64,000 nt of DNA from Sphagnum compactum (GCA_965153455.1 OZ234493.1:8174213-8238212), one strand, 5' to 3'. Shown: positions 40,701 through 53,893, numbered from the stretch's first letter. Made by a program: numbers and translations. Notes: a model not told the origin generated them from the letters alone.

Positions 40701-42826
40701 GGATACATTGTCCAATCCCGGTTAGGTGCAAAAGCACTGCTTGAGAGAGTATAGTTTATCATAGGGTAAAGTTTTGTCATTAAATAATCCTTAAAAAATA
40801 ACAGTGGAAACTGATTTTTGTGAAAATATGAAGCTGTTAAGAACAACTCAAGACTTGAAAAAGCTTCATATTTGCCATTTTGGAATGACCTCAAGTATCA
40901 TTAGGAAGCTCGTCCATTCAATGCACTTAAAATTCAATTTAGAGATTTGAATTCACTTCGGTTCAAGTTTTGATTCAATTCAAATGGAAATCGACTTCTA
41001 TAAAAATCAACTCTCTTTTTCTTTTTCCAGCATATTTCATTGTCACTGACAGTGCCAAAAGGGCCCTTAAAAGTTGAACAATATAGTTCTAGTGCCAATG
41101 TCCAATTCTTCTGCTTGGTTCCAAACAAAAAGATGTGAGCGAGCTCAAGTCTGGGTCACAAAAACTTGATCCTGAACCCCCAGTTTTAACACCGGAAACT
41201 GGATGCCCTCCCAACACTGGTCCAAACCTAATTTCCCTCTATTTGAAGGCGGTAGGTACTTCATTCAAAATACCGCTGATAGTAGACCTGCTCTAAGGAC
41301 TTAATTTGCACCAAAAAAAACCCGAGCATCTCTTGTGGAATGGGGTCAAGGTTTGCTTGACAACTTGTGAACACATTTTACACCTGCAACTGTTGTAGGA
41401 TTTCAATGTCAAATGCAATGTTGTCTATTTATCCTGACACATCTCTAAGGTGCAATAAAGAGTCTGCTCATTAAATTCCATAAAAATTTGCTAAAATATC
41501 CACCAGTGCATGGAAGCACCTTCAACATACCGCCATCTACAACAAAGAAAATGTTACTGGCTACTGGTTAGAAAAGAGTCCAAAAAAGGAGAGTCTTCAA
41601 TATTCAAACTAAACCGATTAGCACGCACCAACATAAAATAGTTGGAAGTCAATCTACATGAAACAAACACGGAATAACAATTGAAAGTTAAATGGTTTTG
41701 GAACACCACAAGACAATACCCAGTTAGATATTCTTTTGCCTGCCATAATCTGCCTGATATCTAACTAGGTATATAGAGCTGATAGTAAGTTACATGGACA
41801 GTAAAGCAAAGCATAGTAAACAGATTTGCTCTGTGAATTAGTGCAAGAATGCAGATAGCCAAAGCCTATGGCGGGATGCATAAGTTTTGAGAACAATGGG
41901 ATGGGCTCTGTGGTTATCTTCACCAGTCAACAAGTCTACTGCCCACACTATGAATACAGAGGGGTACTCAATGTCGGCTGCTCTGAAAACAGTAATCTCC
42001 CAAACAGAAAACACAACACCTCTCTGGGTTACATGGTACTGGGGCTTTTTCCAATATTTCCCTCCATTGCATTGACTTGGTTCCCATCCCCCCTCCTCCC
42101 ACAAGGACATCAGGCTATGTTCTGTAAGATATTTTCTCTCCCCCCAGTAATCTGCACCCTTGCTGCCCTACCCCTCCTCTCTGGCAACTGCAGTCACTTA
42201 GTGGCATTTCTGCAGTTCTAGGATCTTCAACCCCTCCTCTCTAGTGTACCAATGAGCAAAAACACACTATGACAATAGATTTTTCTCATTAGGAAACCTG
42301 AATCCCTCCAATATTGGAACCCCTGTGATGCATTCCCAAGTCCAGACACATCATGGGCCTTCATTTTTTTACCTTCCCTCCTACCAATATCTACACTGAA
42401 AACACCGTGCCTTGGGACTTGAGATCATACCCTAGAAAGTGCATTTTTATGTTCAATAATCTTCCTGCACTTTGTTGCTCACCACTAGATCCAAGTCAAC
42501 ACACTGACTATGCACCAGCTTCCCACCTGACACCTGCCAGTCACCCAGCTCTTTTTCACTTTTCAATTATGTATTTCACACCAAACAATGGTGGAATTTG
42601 AAATCCTCTTTTGAAGAAACATACCACAGCAAATACAAAACCAGAATTTAGTATGGGAAACATGTGACGCAACTTCATCGTTCCACATTTCTTGGTCACA
42701 CAACATGAAGCAAAGAGCATTTCAGAAAACTTGAGGATGGAGTGAGCACCCCCATAGAGGGGGCGAGAGACACGGAGGAACAACAGATAGATATTAACTA
42801 GCAGATGTAGAAGAGAGCTTACAAAG

Positions 42827-45788
42827 TCATGTGACAGGCTCTTCGAGAGTTGCATTTACAAGGTCATTAATGTGTGGGTATGATGCTTTTTCATCAAGCT
42901 GGTTCTGAGCCCATATCAACATCTTCAAAAGACTTGGTAGCTTTGGATCTGCACATGACGTAAGAAATTTAAACAGTAAGAAACATCTCCATCAACTTGG
43001 TAGAAAACCCACTTTGTGTATGTTCAAAATGGCAGGAAAATTGGCCATACTAAAACTATTTCAATAGTAAGACCTTTCTCATGGCTTTGACTTGTGAGGA
43101 TGGCAGCATTCAGTTCACTGGCAGTCTTTTGACGCTGTGAGATGTCAAGGAGCTCTCCTACAGGACAGTTTGCTGTATCCTCAAAGGCCAACAAGGCCAC
43201 TGTGCGCTCCAATTCCTCCAGAAATGCATGCTGCAGCATATTGGACAATCCCCAGATTGGTGAGGGTTAATAACATCCATGGTAGGAAATGGGAGAGAGA
43301 TGGAACAAACAACAAAGCAGGTCATGCTCACAAGATGTACAAGTTTTCAGAACATAAGATGACTCTTTTCTTTTTCACAGTCAGCATGTTCCATTCTTGT
43401 TGCCTTAGATCTGCATCTCTATGACCAAACACATGCACATATTATGGGGCTTGCAGGCCAAAACAACCTATGCAATAAACCTTTCCAAAGTAACCTTTCT
43501 TTTAGCAAACCAGAAACAGAAAACCTCCCACTCTCTGTGTGTGCCAATATACATTTTCTTCCCCACGAGGTGCAAGTTCCTCCTGGGCGAACTCCAGAGC
43601 CTCTTCAACTTGGCCACTACGGATAAGCTCAATGAGACGTTGCTGCTGCAAGTGGAAAAATAGCTGGGGATTTGTATCCAGTATCTGTCATGTCAAACCA
43701 GAATCTTTTAAGCATATTTGAAACAGAGCAATTCAGGGAGAATGGGATCACAGGAAGTAAGGCACACCAGAAAAAAGAAGCACATAAGCAACAAATAGAA
43801 AGTAAATGATGAGCCTAATATCAACTGGCTAAGTGTGGGAACAAAAGAGGGACCCAATACTACTGACTAGTAAGTCAAGAGACAGTGATGGACACTGCAT
43901 GTCACATTAAAGACAGCTGTGAACAGAAACAAACCTCTGGATTCAGGTCATTCACTTTCTCAATGGCATCTTCCACCTGACCACACTGAACTGCCTTCCT
44001 TACTGCCATGCGATCAGTGATTGTTCCCAAATCTATGTCTGCTATTAATCGCTCAGGAAAAAGAGAATAAGCTTTTTTCCCTCCTCCATATCATGAGTAG
44101 TTATGATTGAACAGATGGTGCCACAGTCTTTCTGAAAAAGCTACATCAAGAAAATGTACAAAGTATCACCATTCCTCTCTTCAATTATGTCATAAAAGGT
44201 ACAAAACACATGACATTGGAATTTTCTTGAAAAGACCTGAGGACCTCCTAGGAATATCAGGCTCAGGTATGCAAAGTAAAGTAGCCAAACCATTGCAAAA
44301 AACAAAAAGGGATACGTTGAGTTCCTGACTCCATCTGGAACTTCTCAGCAGCCTCAACATAGCCCTCAGTAACCAAGAAGTTCATCACCAATTTGTTCAT
44401 GTCTTCTTTCCTGATCTTGACCTCACTCAGCTTCTTCTCCCATTCTTCCTTTGTGATAACCTTCTTTGATGATGACTGGCCACACACACAAGAAACATCA
44501 GCCCTGTGCCTACTTGCCATCAATCCACATCATTACCTTTTCTTCTTGCTGAAATCTTTCACACCATGATCAGAGTATCCAAGGGATTTTCACACAATCC
44601 ATTTGCTAATGCATGGTCATTGGCATGTTTCACTCCCATTTCTGTCTCATTCAGAAACCATGTCTGAAAAATGTGCCTCTTCATCATACTGTTCACACCC
44701 TTACTCCCCACAAGCACTGTCCTGAAGACTGAGTGAACTGGTGCTGCAACCCAGCTGTGCATGTGTCCTGGTCCCTAGAATTAAAGAAGGACCATGACAT
44801 CTACATAGAACCAGTACTGAACATGCAGAGTGTGGCGCATTCATGAGGTCAATAGACATGGCAAGGCCATTTGTGAAGACACTGCATAGACCGAAGATAA
44901 AGAATCAACATCAAGTAGACTCCTGCCCAAATTGCTCTCTGAATCTGAGACCAAGAGAGTTTCAGTATTTAATTTTTTTTCTTTCTGGCAGTCCTGCAAG
45001 ACGTGAGAAATGCATTCAAACCCTTCTGCTGCCTAAAGGTTCAAACTACACTGCCAAGTTTTCAATCCAGATCACCTTGAGTCTTGGCAACATATTCACC
45101 TTTGGATAAATCACACACACTCTCATTGTTTTTCACACTTTCTGCACGCCTTCTAATGCTCGAAAGAGAAAGCTCTAGTTTCTCCCTATGCATCTCCTCC
45201 ACATACAAAAAGTGGCTATAGTTCTAAAGATCAATTGACCCCCCAAGGAGCATCAAGAGGCACCATAGATTACACATGCCACCCAACATTGCATCCTCTT
45301 TCTTCTCCTCCTCCTTCCTCTTCTTGGTTAGCATAACACTACCTAACTTGCTTTTCCTGTTCATTCAGGCAACTCTGGGAAGAATTACAAAGCACCTTCT
45401 CCAAGCAAAACTAACACAGCAAATGACATGGTGGAAAGAGGAACAGAGATGGAAAAACAAAAACAAAAAAAAATGGTAGCTCTTCAATATACCTCGCCTT
45501 TTCCCATGGCTACAATTCCTGGCTTGAATCCCCCCCCTTCTCTTTTTTTCCCTCTAACTCTCCCTTCTCCTCCAAATCCTCAAAACGCCATCCTCAAAAC
45601 TCTTCTTCAAGGGACGGGGCAGTGATAATACATGTGGAAGAAGAAGAAGAAGAAGAAGATTGAGATTCCAAGCAATCACTCACTCAAAGCGCATCAAACC
45701 ATCATCATCAATCGGTCTGTCTCCGCAAGCACCCTAACCCTACTCCAGCGACAACAGAAATTTAGGGTTTCAAGAACCTACATACCAT
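42827..45788 (-). CDS. GID8: GID8/TWA1 homolog (LisH-CTLH-CRA), CTLH E3 ligase subunit, 226 aa, 6 coding exons
   Basis: Exons 45788-45786 (ATG only), 44475-44316, 44041-43935, 43684-43553, 43230-43074, 42948-42827 (681 nt, GT-AG). Translation [17 protein letters not shown]...[22 protein letters not shown]...[15 protein letters not shown]...[18 protein letters not shown]. Confidence 0.93.
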
Positions 45789-46404
45789 TTCTCAAATTTG
45801 GCTCGAAGACATTAAAATTCGAATGGATTTGCTGCTGCTGATGATGATGATGATGACGACGACGATGATGCAGCATCCGGACGCGGAAACGTTCCAACAA
45901 TACTTACAGAAATCGCGACAGCCACATCAAGTGAGAGGGGATTGGAAGTCGCTTCGCCCCCCCTCCCGCGGAGAAGAGGAGAAACAAGAAGCGGAACCGT
46001 CATCCCGCGAGCTGCCCGTAGCTAGCTCCAACCGCCCGTCATAGCTGCCCGAAGCTAAGGCGCATGGCATTCCCATAACTGGTCATGGGTTCAAAGTTCA
46101 AACCAGGGTTTTATTTATTCTTTAAATATGGAGAGTGCCTGAAAGGCTGCTTCCAATTGGAAAGTGGAGCATTTTTTTTTTGCTATAAGTAAATTTTGAA
46201 TGGAGAAATTTTAGGCTACATGTTTTTTTTTAAAACAATAGCATTTCGGCAAATCGAATTTTTTTCAATGAAGCCTAATTGGTTACTTAGATTTCATGGC
46301 TATCATACGTTTGGCGACTATCTAAATTCCCATTTAGCAATTTTGGCTATAGTTAAATTGTGTTTGTCTAGCTACTACGACTGCAATGAAATAAATCTCC
46401 TTGG

Positions 46405-46468
46405 GGGAATTGAACCACTCATGTGCACTTATGACAAGTCATAAGGGAATTGAACCACTCATGCGCAC
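46405..46468. repeat. Short direct duplication GGGAATTGAACCACTCATGYGCACT
   Basis: Two copies about 39 bp apart. Confidence 0.8.
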
Positions 46469-47006
46469 TCAGATTGGAAGGCTAAAAAACAACTGACAAT
46501 GTAAGTGGAGGAGCATGAGATGTTGACAAGCTTGCCATGCTAATAGCATTCAACTAACCTTGATCGGAAAAAAAAGTTTGAACCAAAAATTTGTAGGAAA
46601 CTTCAATGGTGTTTTTACAACAAGCAAATTGAACAAAGCAAGCTAATTGAAGAGGATCAAGAGGCTAGAACACGCAAATGAATTAAAAACACACATATTA
46701 AAAATGCCTTAAAGGAAAAATTGAAAAACCCTACGGGTGCAGATGGCAATGGATGCTTGCAACCAAGCAACTTTTACTAACGATGGAATAGCGATGGACA
46801 AAAATTGAAGATCGACGTTTTGGCGCACAAGGTGTTGCAGGGGGGTTGTTTTAAACGATCTCCATTTTTATTTTATTTTATTTGCTTCATATCAAATCGC
46901 ATGTGTGGATTTTGTGTCACCTTTTGTCGATAAAATAGCCCAAAAAAAAACCTTGGCTCAAACCCTATTATTACACACATCCCTTCAAAATGGCAATTTT
47001 GAGGAT

Positions 47007-47260
47007 GGATATCCGGGTGGTATCAACAACCCCACTAGATATATCTGGGTACCATCCACCCCGGTTGGCACATATTCGGGTATCATTGACCTCCAGTACG
47101 GGCATATCTGGGTATCATCTACCACAACAGGGGTATCAACAACCCCACTAGATGTATCTGGGTACCATCCACCCCGGTAGGCATATCAGGGTATCATTAA
47201 CTCTGGTCAGCGTATATCCCAAATATTATCAACCCCAATCAGTGTATCTGGACATCATCT
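47007..47260. repeat. Minisatellite of about 30 bp (ATATCTGGGTATCAT core) with a higher-order duplication of about 113 bp
   Basis: GTATCAACAACCCCACTAGATRTATCTGGGTACCATCCACCCCGGT at about 47020 and 47133. Confidence 0.85.
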
Positions 47261-47664
47261 TTCATGCCCCAGATATACTTTTAGACTTCAATGGGACTTG
47301 CACCATAGGGTAGGGTTGCAACAATGGGTGTTCCCTTCATCTGTTTGATGGTGATTTTGTTCAAAGCTTCATACCCGTTGTGGAATGACAGTTACATGAT
47401 CGGTAATGGGATGGTGTCATGCCATTTTCTAGTGTTCCAAATTGGGCTCTTCGTAGAGTTTAGAAAGCCTTTGCAAGGTATTACAATGTGCACAGAGAGA
47501 ACACGACGTTGCCTTCACGACTTCTATCTATGTAACTCCAAGGATTGTTGCCTCCAAGAGCTAAAGAACAATCAAGTGCACAATTGCAAATGAACTCATT
47601 CCATCGTCATGTCCAATTCTTGGAGTTCTGCCAAGTATTGGCAGACCTCCGTGACCAGGCATGC

Positions 47665-47694
47665 CTCCTCCTCCTCCTCCTCCTCCTCCTCCTC
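47665..47694. repeat. (CCT)n microsatellite
   Basis: About 10 units read directly. Confidence 0.9.
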
Positions 47695-48172
47695 TTGGAC
47701 ATCCACCTCATGAATGTAGTATGGCCCTTGGCCAAGAATGGTCCCTCCACCTCTTTCTAATGGGTGTGAAGTGGTCTGTTAATCCGTTTGCGGTAAAACC
47801 ATCTGGTTGCTATTTTGGGATGTCAACCACAAGTGTGGTCTTGTGCTCCTTCAAAAAGAGATCTCACGGTGGAGGATTTAATATGTAGCATGATTATGAC
47901 TCATGTGAGGAGCACAAACAAAGGCAAGAACCAATCAAGAAATTGCTCTTATTTGTGTGATGCAAGCATCCCAGTGATGGCCTCAAACCTCTCCCTAGTT
48001 AAAACTCATCCAGTGAGCCAAAAAAGGTGACTACACTGAGCCAAATTTTCACATGCTAATTCCTACAAGCTTCCCTTCAGGACCTTCAACACTACGGTAC
48101 AAAATTATAGTCGCAAGTATACAACTACAGGGGAAGCCTAGCCAACCGAAAGAAAGGAAAAGAGTGGGGGGC

Positions 48173-51100
48173 TTACTCACGTTGCCATGAACCATTGCTT
48201 GGGCTCACAACACACAAGTGCCGACAATGCTTCAACAAGGCCACAGCCTCTTCAGCACGGCCCATTAGAAGCTCTGCATACACTACTGCCAACATTGCAA
48301 CAGCATTTGTTGGTGTAATGGTAAAAGCCTGTGTTGCCCATTGATGTGCTTGTTGGAAATCACCTTGCATCCCATATACTGCAGCAAGATTCACAAATAG
48401 CAAAGCCCGTGCTCGAGAGCCAGTTAACCTAGCCACACTCACAGCATCGCCCAAAGCTCCCACAGGATAAGTTGTGCTGTCTTCCCCATCCCCACTTGCC
48501 TCACTGTTGTCACCACTTTTCCACTTGAGGCTTTCTTCTTCAGCACCAGAGCTTGAAGGCTCTGTTGCAGTCGTGCTGCTCTCCACAAGGCAGGTGGACA
48601 GATGGTCAGCTGCTTCACGTGGCCTCTGTAACTGGCAAAGAGCTTCAGCAGCATATATGTGGGCTAGAAGGGTATATGGGCGGGCACAAGCTGGCTGGCG
48701 TAATAGCTCCTCTGCAGAGTGGAGAGCCTGTAATGGATGCTCAATGCCCAGTTGACAGTAGGCAAGAGCCGATAAAGCCCAGACTCGCAATCCAGCTGTC
48801 TCATGCCCTCTTTGGTTCTCATATGCTGTCACAGCTGCCACAATCCCTTTACTATCTTTTCCTTCCCCTGCTGGGCTCCCAGCAGTATTACTAGCACCAC
48901 CTTTCTTATCCATGGGCTTGCCACCATCATCACCATCCTTCACCTCTGCAGCTGCAGCTGCAGCCACAGCCTCTGCAGCTTTGGCCTCATGCTGGTCAAA
49001 CAAAGAAAGTGCAGTTCGCAAACACCGAATAGCAAAGGCCAATGATAACTCATATGGCTGACCTGCCACAAACCACTTCCCACCTTCCTCAGCAATGTGT
49101 GACTCTGCACCTTCCACCACATCATCATCAAGTTCCAATCTCAGTTTAGCACTGCCCACCGTTGGATTCAAGCTTCCAGTAGGGAGAAGAACTCGTCTCC
49201 ACTTGCCTTCTCCAACAACAGTGACCTTCACCTCTTCCCTCTTTATGGAGGTTTGTGCCAAAAGACCTTTTTCCAGTGCCAGAATGCAACACTCTGCCAA
49301 GCGTAGCCAGAGCAATGGTCGAGTGTAGTAAAGAGCTGCAGCTTCCTGAAAGCATCGAGCAGCCAGGACAGGATTGCCACAAGAAAGCTGCTGTAAGCCT
49401 GCATTGTACACTATGGCTAGCGACCGGTCTTGAGAAAATTTGGGCAATGAACGGGGTTGGCTAATATTTGAACTAGTACAAGAATGTAAAGCTTTTGTGA
49501 AGTACAGAGCAGCAGTCTGCTCCTTCCTGAGGCGATGGTGGATGCAGCCAAGATTTGAAAGAACCATTGCATTCATGCCTCCCAGTTCCCCCCGGCCAAT
49601 GCTGCTGTTACAGGCTGTCAGCTGCTTAATAGCTTTGTGGTAATTTCCTCGTGAGTACTCCAACTGTGCTTTGAGGAGAAGTGCAGTCAAATGGTCACGG
49701 GAAAGGTTCAATGCAGACTTAATCTCTCGCTTGGTGGCCTTCAGGTTTCCAGCCAGTAAGAAGAAGCGAGCTTTGTAGAGGTGCAACACCAGCTTCAGGT
49801 CAACTGAAGGAACAGCCTTTTCACGTAAGGTGACCACTGGTGTTGCCACCACTTGGCTAGTGATGACCTGACTTGGTTCCATGTCCAGTTCACCGAGAGT
49901 GAGAGCTTCCTCCTCAAGGCCTTCCTCTGAAGGTGTCCTTGTAAGTATTGGTTCAGCACTGTTCAACAAGGATTCTGTCTCAGCAGGTGCTGCCAGGCGT
50001 TCTTTTATAGGTGCTGGATTTCCACTGTCTGCTGGAGACAGCAGGTATCCAAATGCCTTCTCCATATACTGCAGTACCTCCTGAAATGCACAGACCTTCT
50101 CTGTTACTGCATGTCTGAGAGGCTAAGCTTTTAGTCTAAACAAATTTGAACAAATTGATGTAAACAATTTGGAGGTGCATTGCACTTGTCAATTACCAAT
50201 TTGATTTCCATATTAATATTGATCACAACATTGCATTACAACCTCAGCAATTTCAGATAATACAAGCAACTTACTACCAGAAACTATGAATCAAATTCCT
50301 TCCCTGGACAACATCTAAAATTTATAAAATTGGCATGCAGTCCATACATTTGTGCCAGCTGGCAATAAACTTGTCTAGCCAATCAAAACATGTTTATTCT
50401 GCAAGCAGTACAAGGCCATAATGGAAGAGAAGATAGGACTTTGGAGAAAACTATGGCATCTCACAAACTCAAGTAAAGGGATGTGCAACTTACTGCAGCT
50501 TTTGCAGGTTGACGAGAGGCCAGGGTGATATCTAGCATTAGTAGGCATACCCGCAGTGCAGCTGTCTATCCTCCAGAACAGGGTGGACCAACAATCAAGA
50601 ATAGATAACACAAAGGCATCAACTTCAAGACCCAATCTGATGCAAAGGAAGGAGGAAGTTTTCATTTCAATGGATACAGAACATAGGGGCATACACCCTG
50701 TTGAATATTACACACCGCAAGGAAAGCACAAATGTAGCTGCCAGAAAGCACATGAAATCCACAGAAGTTTTGAACATACCTCATCAATTGGCTCTATGTT
50801 GCGGTACAGGGGTTCTAAGACAGACATCCCATCAGCATATTGTTGAAGGTGGTACATCATCACTGCCTGCAGGCACAAGAACACCCACAAGATGTAAGTC
50901 AAATTGATGCTCTTCACTAAAGCTGAGCAGATTTGATTCCAGGCCATCATCCTCGTCCCAATAGCTTTCTGCACCTCATCATACTTACTACACCTCATGT
51001 TGAATTCACACATGCAAATTGGCAAAAAAATTGACCACATAGTGCAGGTACAGAGGGGAGAAACATATACAGTATTCAACGTTGGGATAGAAGAATCATA

Positions 51101-53054
51101 GTTTTCCATGTAGGCAACAACATCAGATGTGGTTGAGGCAGGGGTGGCAGCTGGGGCCCCATTGCCCCCATTGCCAGTCAAGCTGGGTGATGTTGAAGTA
51201 GAAGGGCTGTGGCCATCATGTTGTTCTTCAGTTGCTTGTGCCAGCTCCTCACTGCGCCCCTGTTTGCATGCACTACTCTCTTTTAACATCACAAAAGTTG
51301 CAATCATATAACCCAGTGTAGAAGATAACAGCTGAACTGCACAACCCTTAAAGTGAAAACACTCTACATACAACTCAAGGAAATCTCATCACAAACCTTG
51401 ACTTGCACAAGCACATCCAAGAGCTTCTGCGGATTAATGCAGCCATCCCGGTAATATTCTGCCACTGCAATGTTGTGTCGTATCTGCTCAATTGTACACA
51501 TACACTGTCAAAAGCCATTCCCGAGCTGTCCAATTTGCCAGTACCTGAATAGAAGGCTAAAAACTAACACTGTGTCAATGCTATATGGCAATGTCATCAC
51601 ATCAACCAAACCAATAGCAGCTGTTAGGGCTATAGTATAGTCGGCTGAAAAATGCTACTGTGTCAACACTATATAGCAGAGGTGAGGGGAATCACTGAGT
51701 CCGTAGAAATTTGGTAGGTGCGAGCTTAGAAGTAACTGTGCAGTAGTGATTGCTGTAGGGATTCAAGCACAAATATGGTACTAGAAGCCTTGGGGCTAGC
51801 ACCAGGTGAGTACCAGAACTAGAAGTTTCAATATGCCAAAAAATATTTATTATGACACTAAATCTGCAGCACAGCAGTGTCAACTTATGAACAAATAATT
51901 TAACCTTATCATTTCAGTGAAATGTTGAGACAATTGTCTGGTTCCGACAAAATTAAACTATAGCGTCTCAACCTCTGTAAATAGGTTAGTCAAAGCACAT
52001 CTGCTTCAGACAATTTTGAGACACAAAAACCTGCCTAAATCAACATGCTCTCAATGTCCTTTGACTGCCCTCGATTTGTATCAAATGCCTCTTGCAGGGT
52101 CCATTATAACCTGAGAATATTCTAAAATGTGGCCATAATTACCTTATTTCCATGAGCGAAACTAGAGCAACAGAGCACTTCAACACACACGGTGAGTCCT
52201 AAGTCAAATGTTTAAAGATCCTCCTGGCCCCAGCATTTCCTGCATACTTATCTCAAATAGTTCTGTCCAGAATGAAGCCCTTTAGCAAAATGCCTTGTTT
52301 GCAGAAACCTAAAACTTGTTTCAGAGCACAAAAGCTTAATGTCTGCTCGGCATGAACATCATATCAATCGCACATGAAATGTGCATAAGTCCCCTATGCT
52401 CCAAAGCAGTTGAAACCCTAGAATGACTAAACCTAAATTCCTGAGTCCACACAGTAACCCCTGAAAAGGACAAATTTCACTTCTAACCATTGCGTCCTAA
52501 GCCTATGGTAAGCAAGGCATGAACAACAAAAAAAAAAACTGAGGATATCTCTTGCAGAAAACGCCATTGACATCAAGCATTTGGCTCTTATTAAAGAAAA
52601 AAGGCAATAGTAAGCTCAAAGAATGTCTGAGTGGATTTCTGCTTCTGAAAATTAAGAAAGAAAACAAACCAAAGAAGAAAAAAAGTGTTCACGAATCGCA
52701 CGAGAAGCGCATTGGAAGGACAGGGATGAATGAGGAGTCGGGAAGACACCGAAAAGAAACAAAGTGAGTACTGCTGCGAGTCGTGAAATTTTTATGTTTT
52801 TTTACCTTGGGATCAGCCTCATTCTGAAGGAGCAGTTGGTTGAGGATGAGGAGACAACCCTGGTATGAACGAGAGTGGAACAACTGTGCGGCTTCTTTGG
52901 CCAGCCCCGCTATTGTGGAGGTCGGTCTCGTCTCCTCCACACTTGACGCCTCCTTGACGCCCGTTGATGTTGGTGCCACTGCTGCAGCAGCGGCGGCATC
53001 TCCTCCTCCCACTGATGATGCCGCTGCCGCCGCCATCGCCGGTGGTGCATCCAT
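48173..53054 (-). CDS. CNOT10: CCR4-NOT complex subunit 10 (TPR protein), about 863 aa, 6 exons
   Basis: Exons 53054-52806, 51483-51397, 51259-51071, 50866-50780, 50565-50494, 50080-48173 (all phase 0, GT-AG). Motifs LAKEAAQLF, DPKIRHNIAVAEY, LEPLYRNIEPIDE, LLLKAQLEYSRGNYHKAIK, NLGCIH, YNAGLQQL, PLLWLRLAECCI, HIYAAEALC. Confidence 0.92.
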
Positions 53055-53215
53055 TTCTCCTTCCGGAACCCTCCTCGTCACTGCGCAACGCACTCATGCA
53101 CTCGAACTGTGCCTTCTCCGCTTCGCTTTTTTTCTTCGGGTCTTCTCCTCTGGCCTTCGCTTGACGCCCTTTCTCCTGCTTCCTTCGGGTCTCGAGAAAA
53201 CAACATCCACGTTGT

Positions 53216-53540
53216 CCATCCACATGTACGTGCAACATCCATTTTTTTCATCCATTTCCCCCCACAAACACCCAAGTTCTTTCGTCCACATGCACGTGCA
53301 ACAACCATCATCGTCCACAAAAAGCCCATTTTCATCCACTTGTAGGTGTAACATCCACCTCATCCCCAAATTCCTGTTTCTCATCCATTTGCACGCACAA
53401 CATCAGTCCTCCTCCACAAACAGACCATGTATTCCATCCACCCTGCAAGTGCAACCTCCATCCTTGCCGTTTTTTCATCCACTTGCACGTGCAACGTCCC
53501 TCCTCATCCACACACACGTCTCTTTTCATCCACTTGCAAC
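53216..53540. repeat. Degenerate minisatellite of about 50 bp with palindromic TTGCACGTGCAA (G-box) core, upstream of CNOT10
   Basis: TCATCCACTTGCACGTGCAAC-like copies at about 53216, 53282, 53332, 53381, 53434, 53475 and 53526. Confidence 0.8.
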
Positions 53541-53728
53541 ATCTGTCTTCTTCCACAAGATTCTGGAGTCGGAATATGACAATGGAACGGTATGTATGCG
53601 TAATGTCCCTAGTTTGGGGAGATTAATTGCCGGAATGAGCTAAGGGGCTTCTTTGATGAGGAGTATACTTAAGCCTAGCCCTTCATGTCGTTTCGGGTGG
53701 GAATTGCCCCCAATTTGTGCGTAAAATC

Positions 53729-53788
53729 GGGTTTAGGGTTTAGGGTTTACAAACCCCATTTTTAGTCCTTACCCTAAACCCTAAACCC
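53729..53788. repeat. Inverted plant telomeric repeats (18-bp perfect stem, 24-nt loop)
   Basis: GGGTTTAGGGTTTAGGGT (53729-53746) and ACCCTAAACCCTAAACCC (53771-53788). Confidence 0.9.
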
Positions 53789-53893
53789 TTAGAGTGCTTT
53801 AGGATCATGCTTATGGCATTAGCTAGATAGGTACTAGGTACGTGTTTTGAGCTTTGATTCAATTATGTATTAGAGAATGGGTAAGCCTCTTAC

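Noticed and set aside
44263-44523. GID8 start at [10 protein letters not shown] as in the ORF track
   Set aside because: The segment upstream of SSSKK looks intronic (ends GGCCAG); ATG|GTATGT at 45788 gives a more typical N-terminus
44570-44687. Intronic C/D box snoRNA in GID8 (ATGATGA...CTGA on the - strand)
   Set aside because: No terminal stem and no rRNA complementarity that I could recognise; snoscan would settle it
47590-47775. Acidic - strand frame TTSHPLERGGG...EEEEEEEE...ME as a CNOT10 exon
   Set aside because: Needs a phase-0 donor but the available donor is phase 1; the poly-Glu comes from a (CCT)n microsatellite
53216-53540. CRISPR array
   Set aside because: Eukaryotic context, no cas genes, degenerate repeats, and spacers similar to each other; it is a minisatellite
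52840-53643. 267-aa + strand ORF
   Set aside because: Antisense shadow of GC-rich CNOT10 exon 1 plus the minisatellite; no domain features
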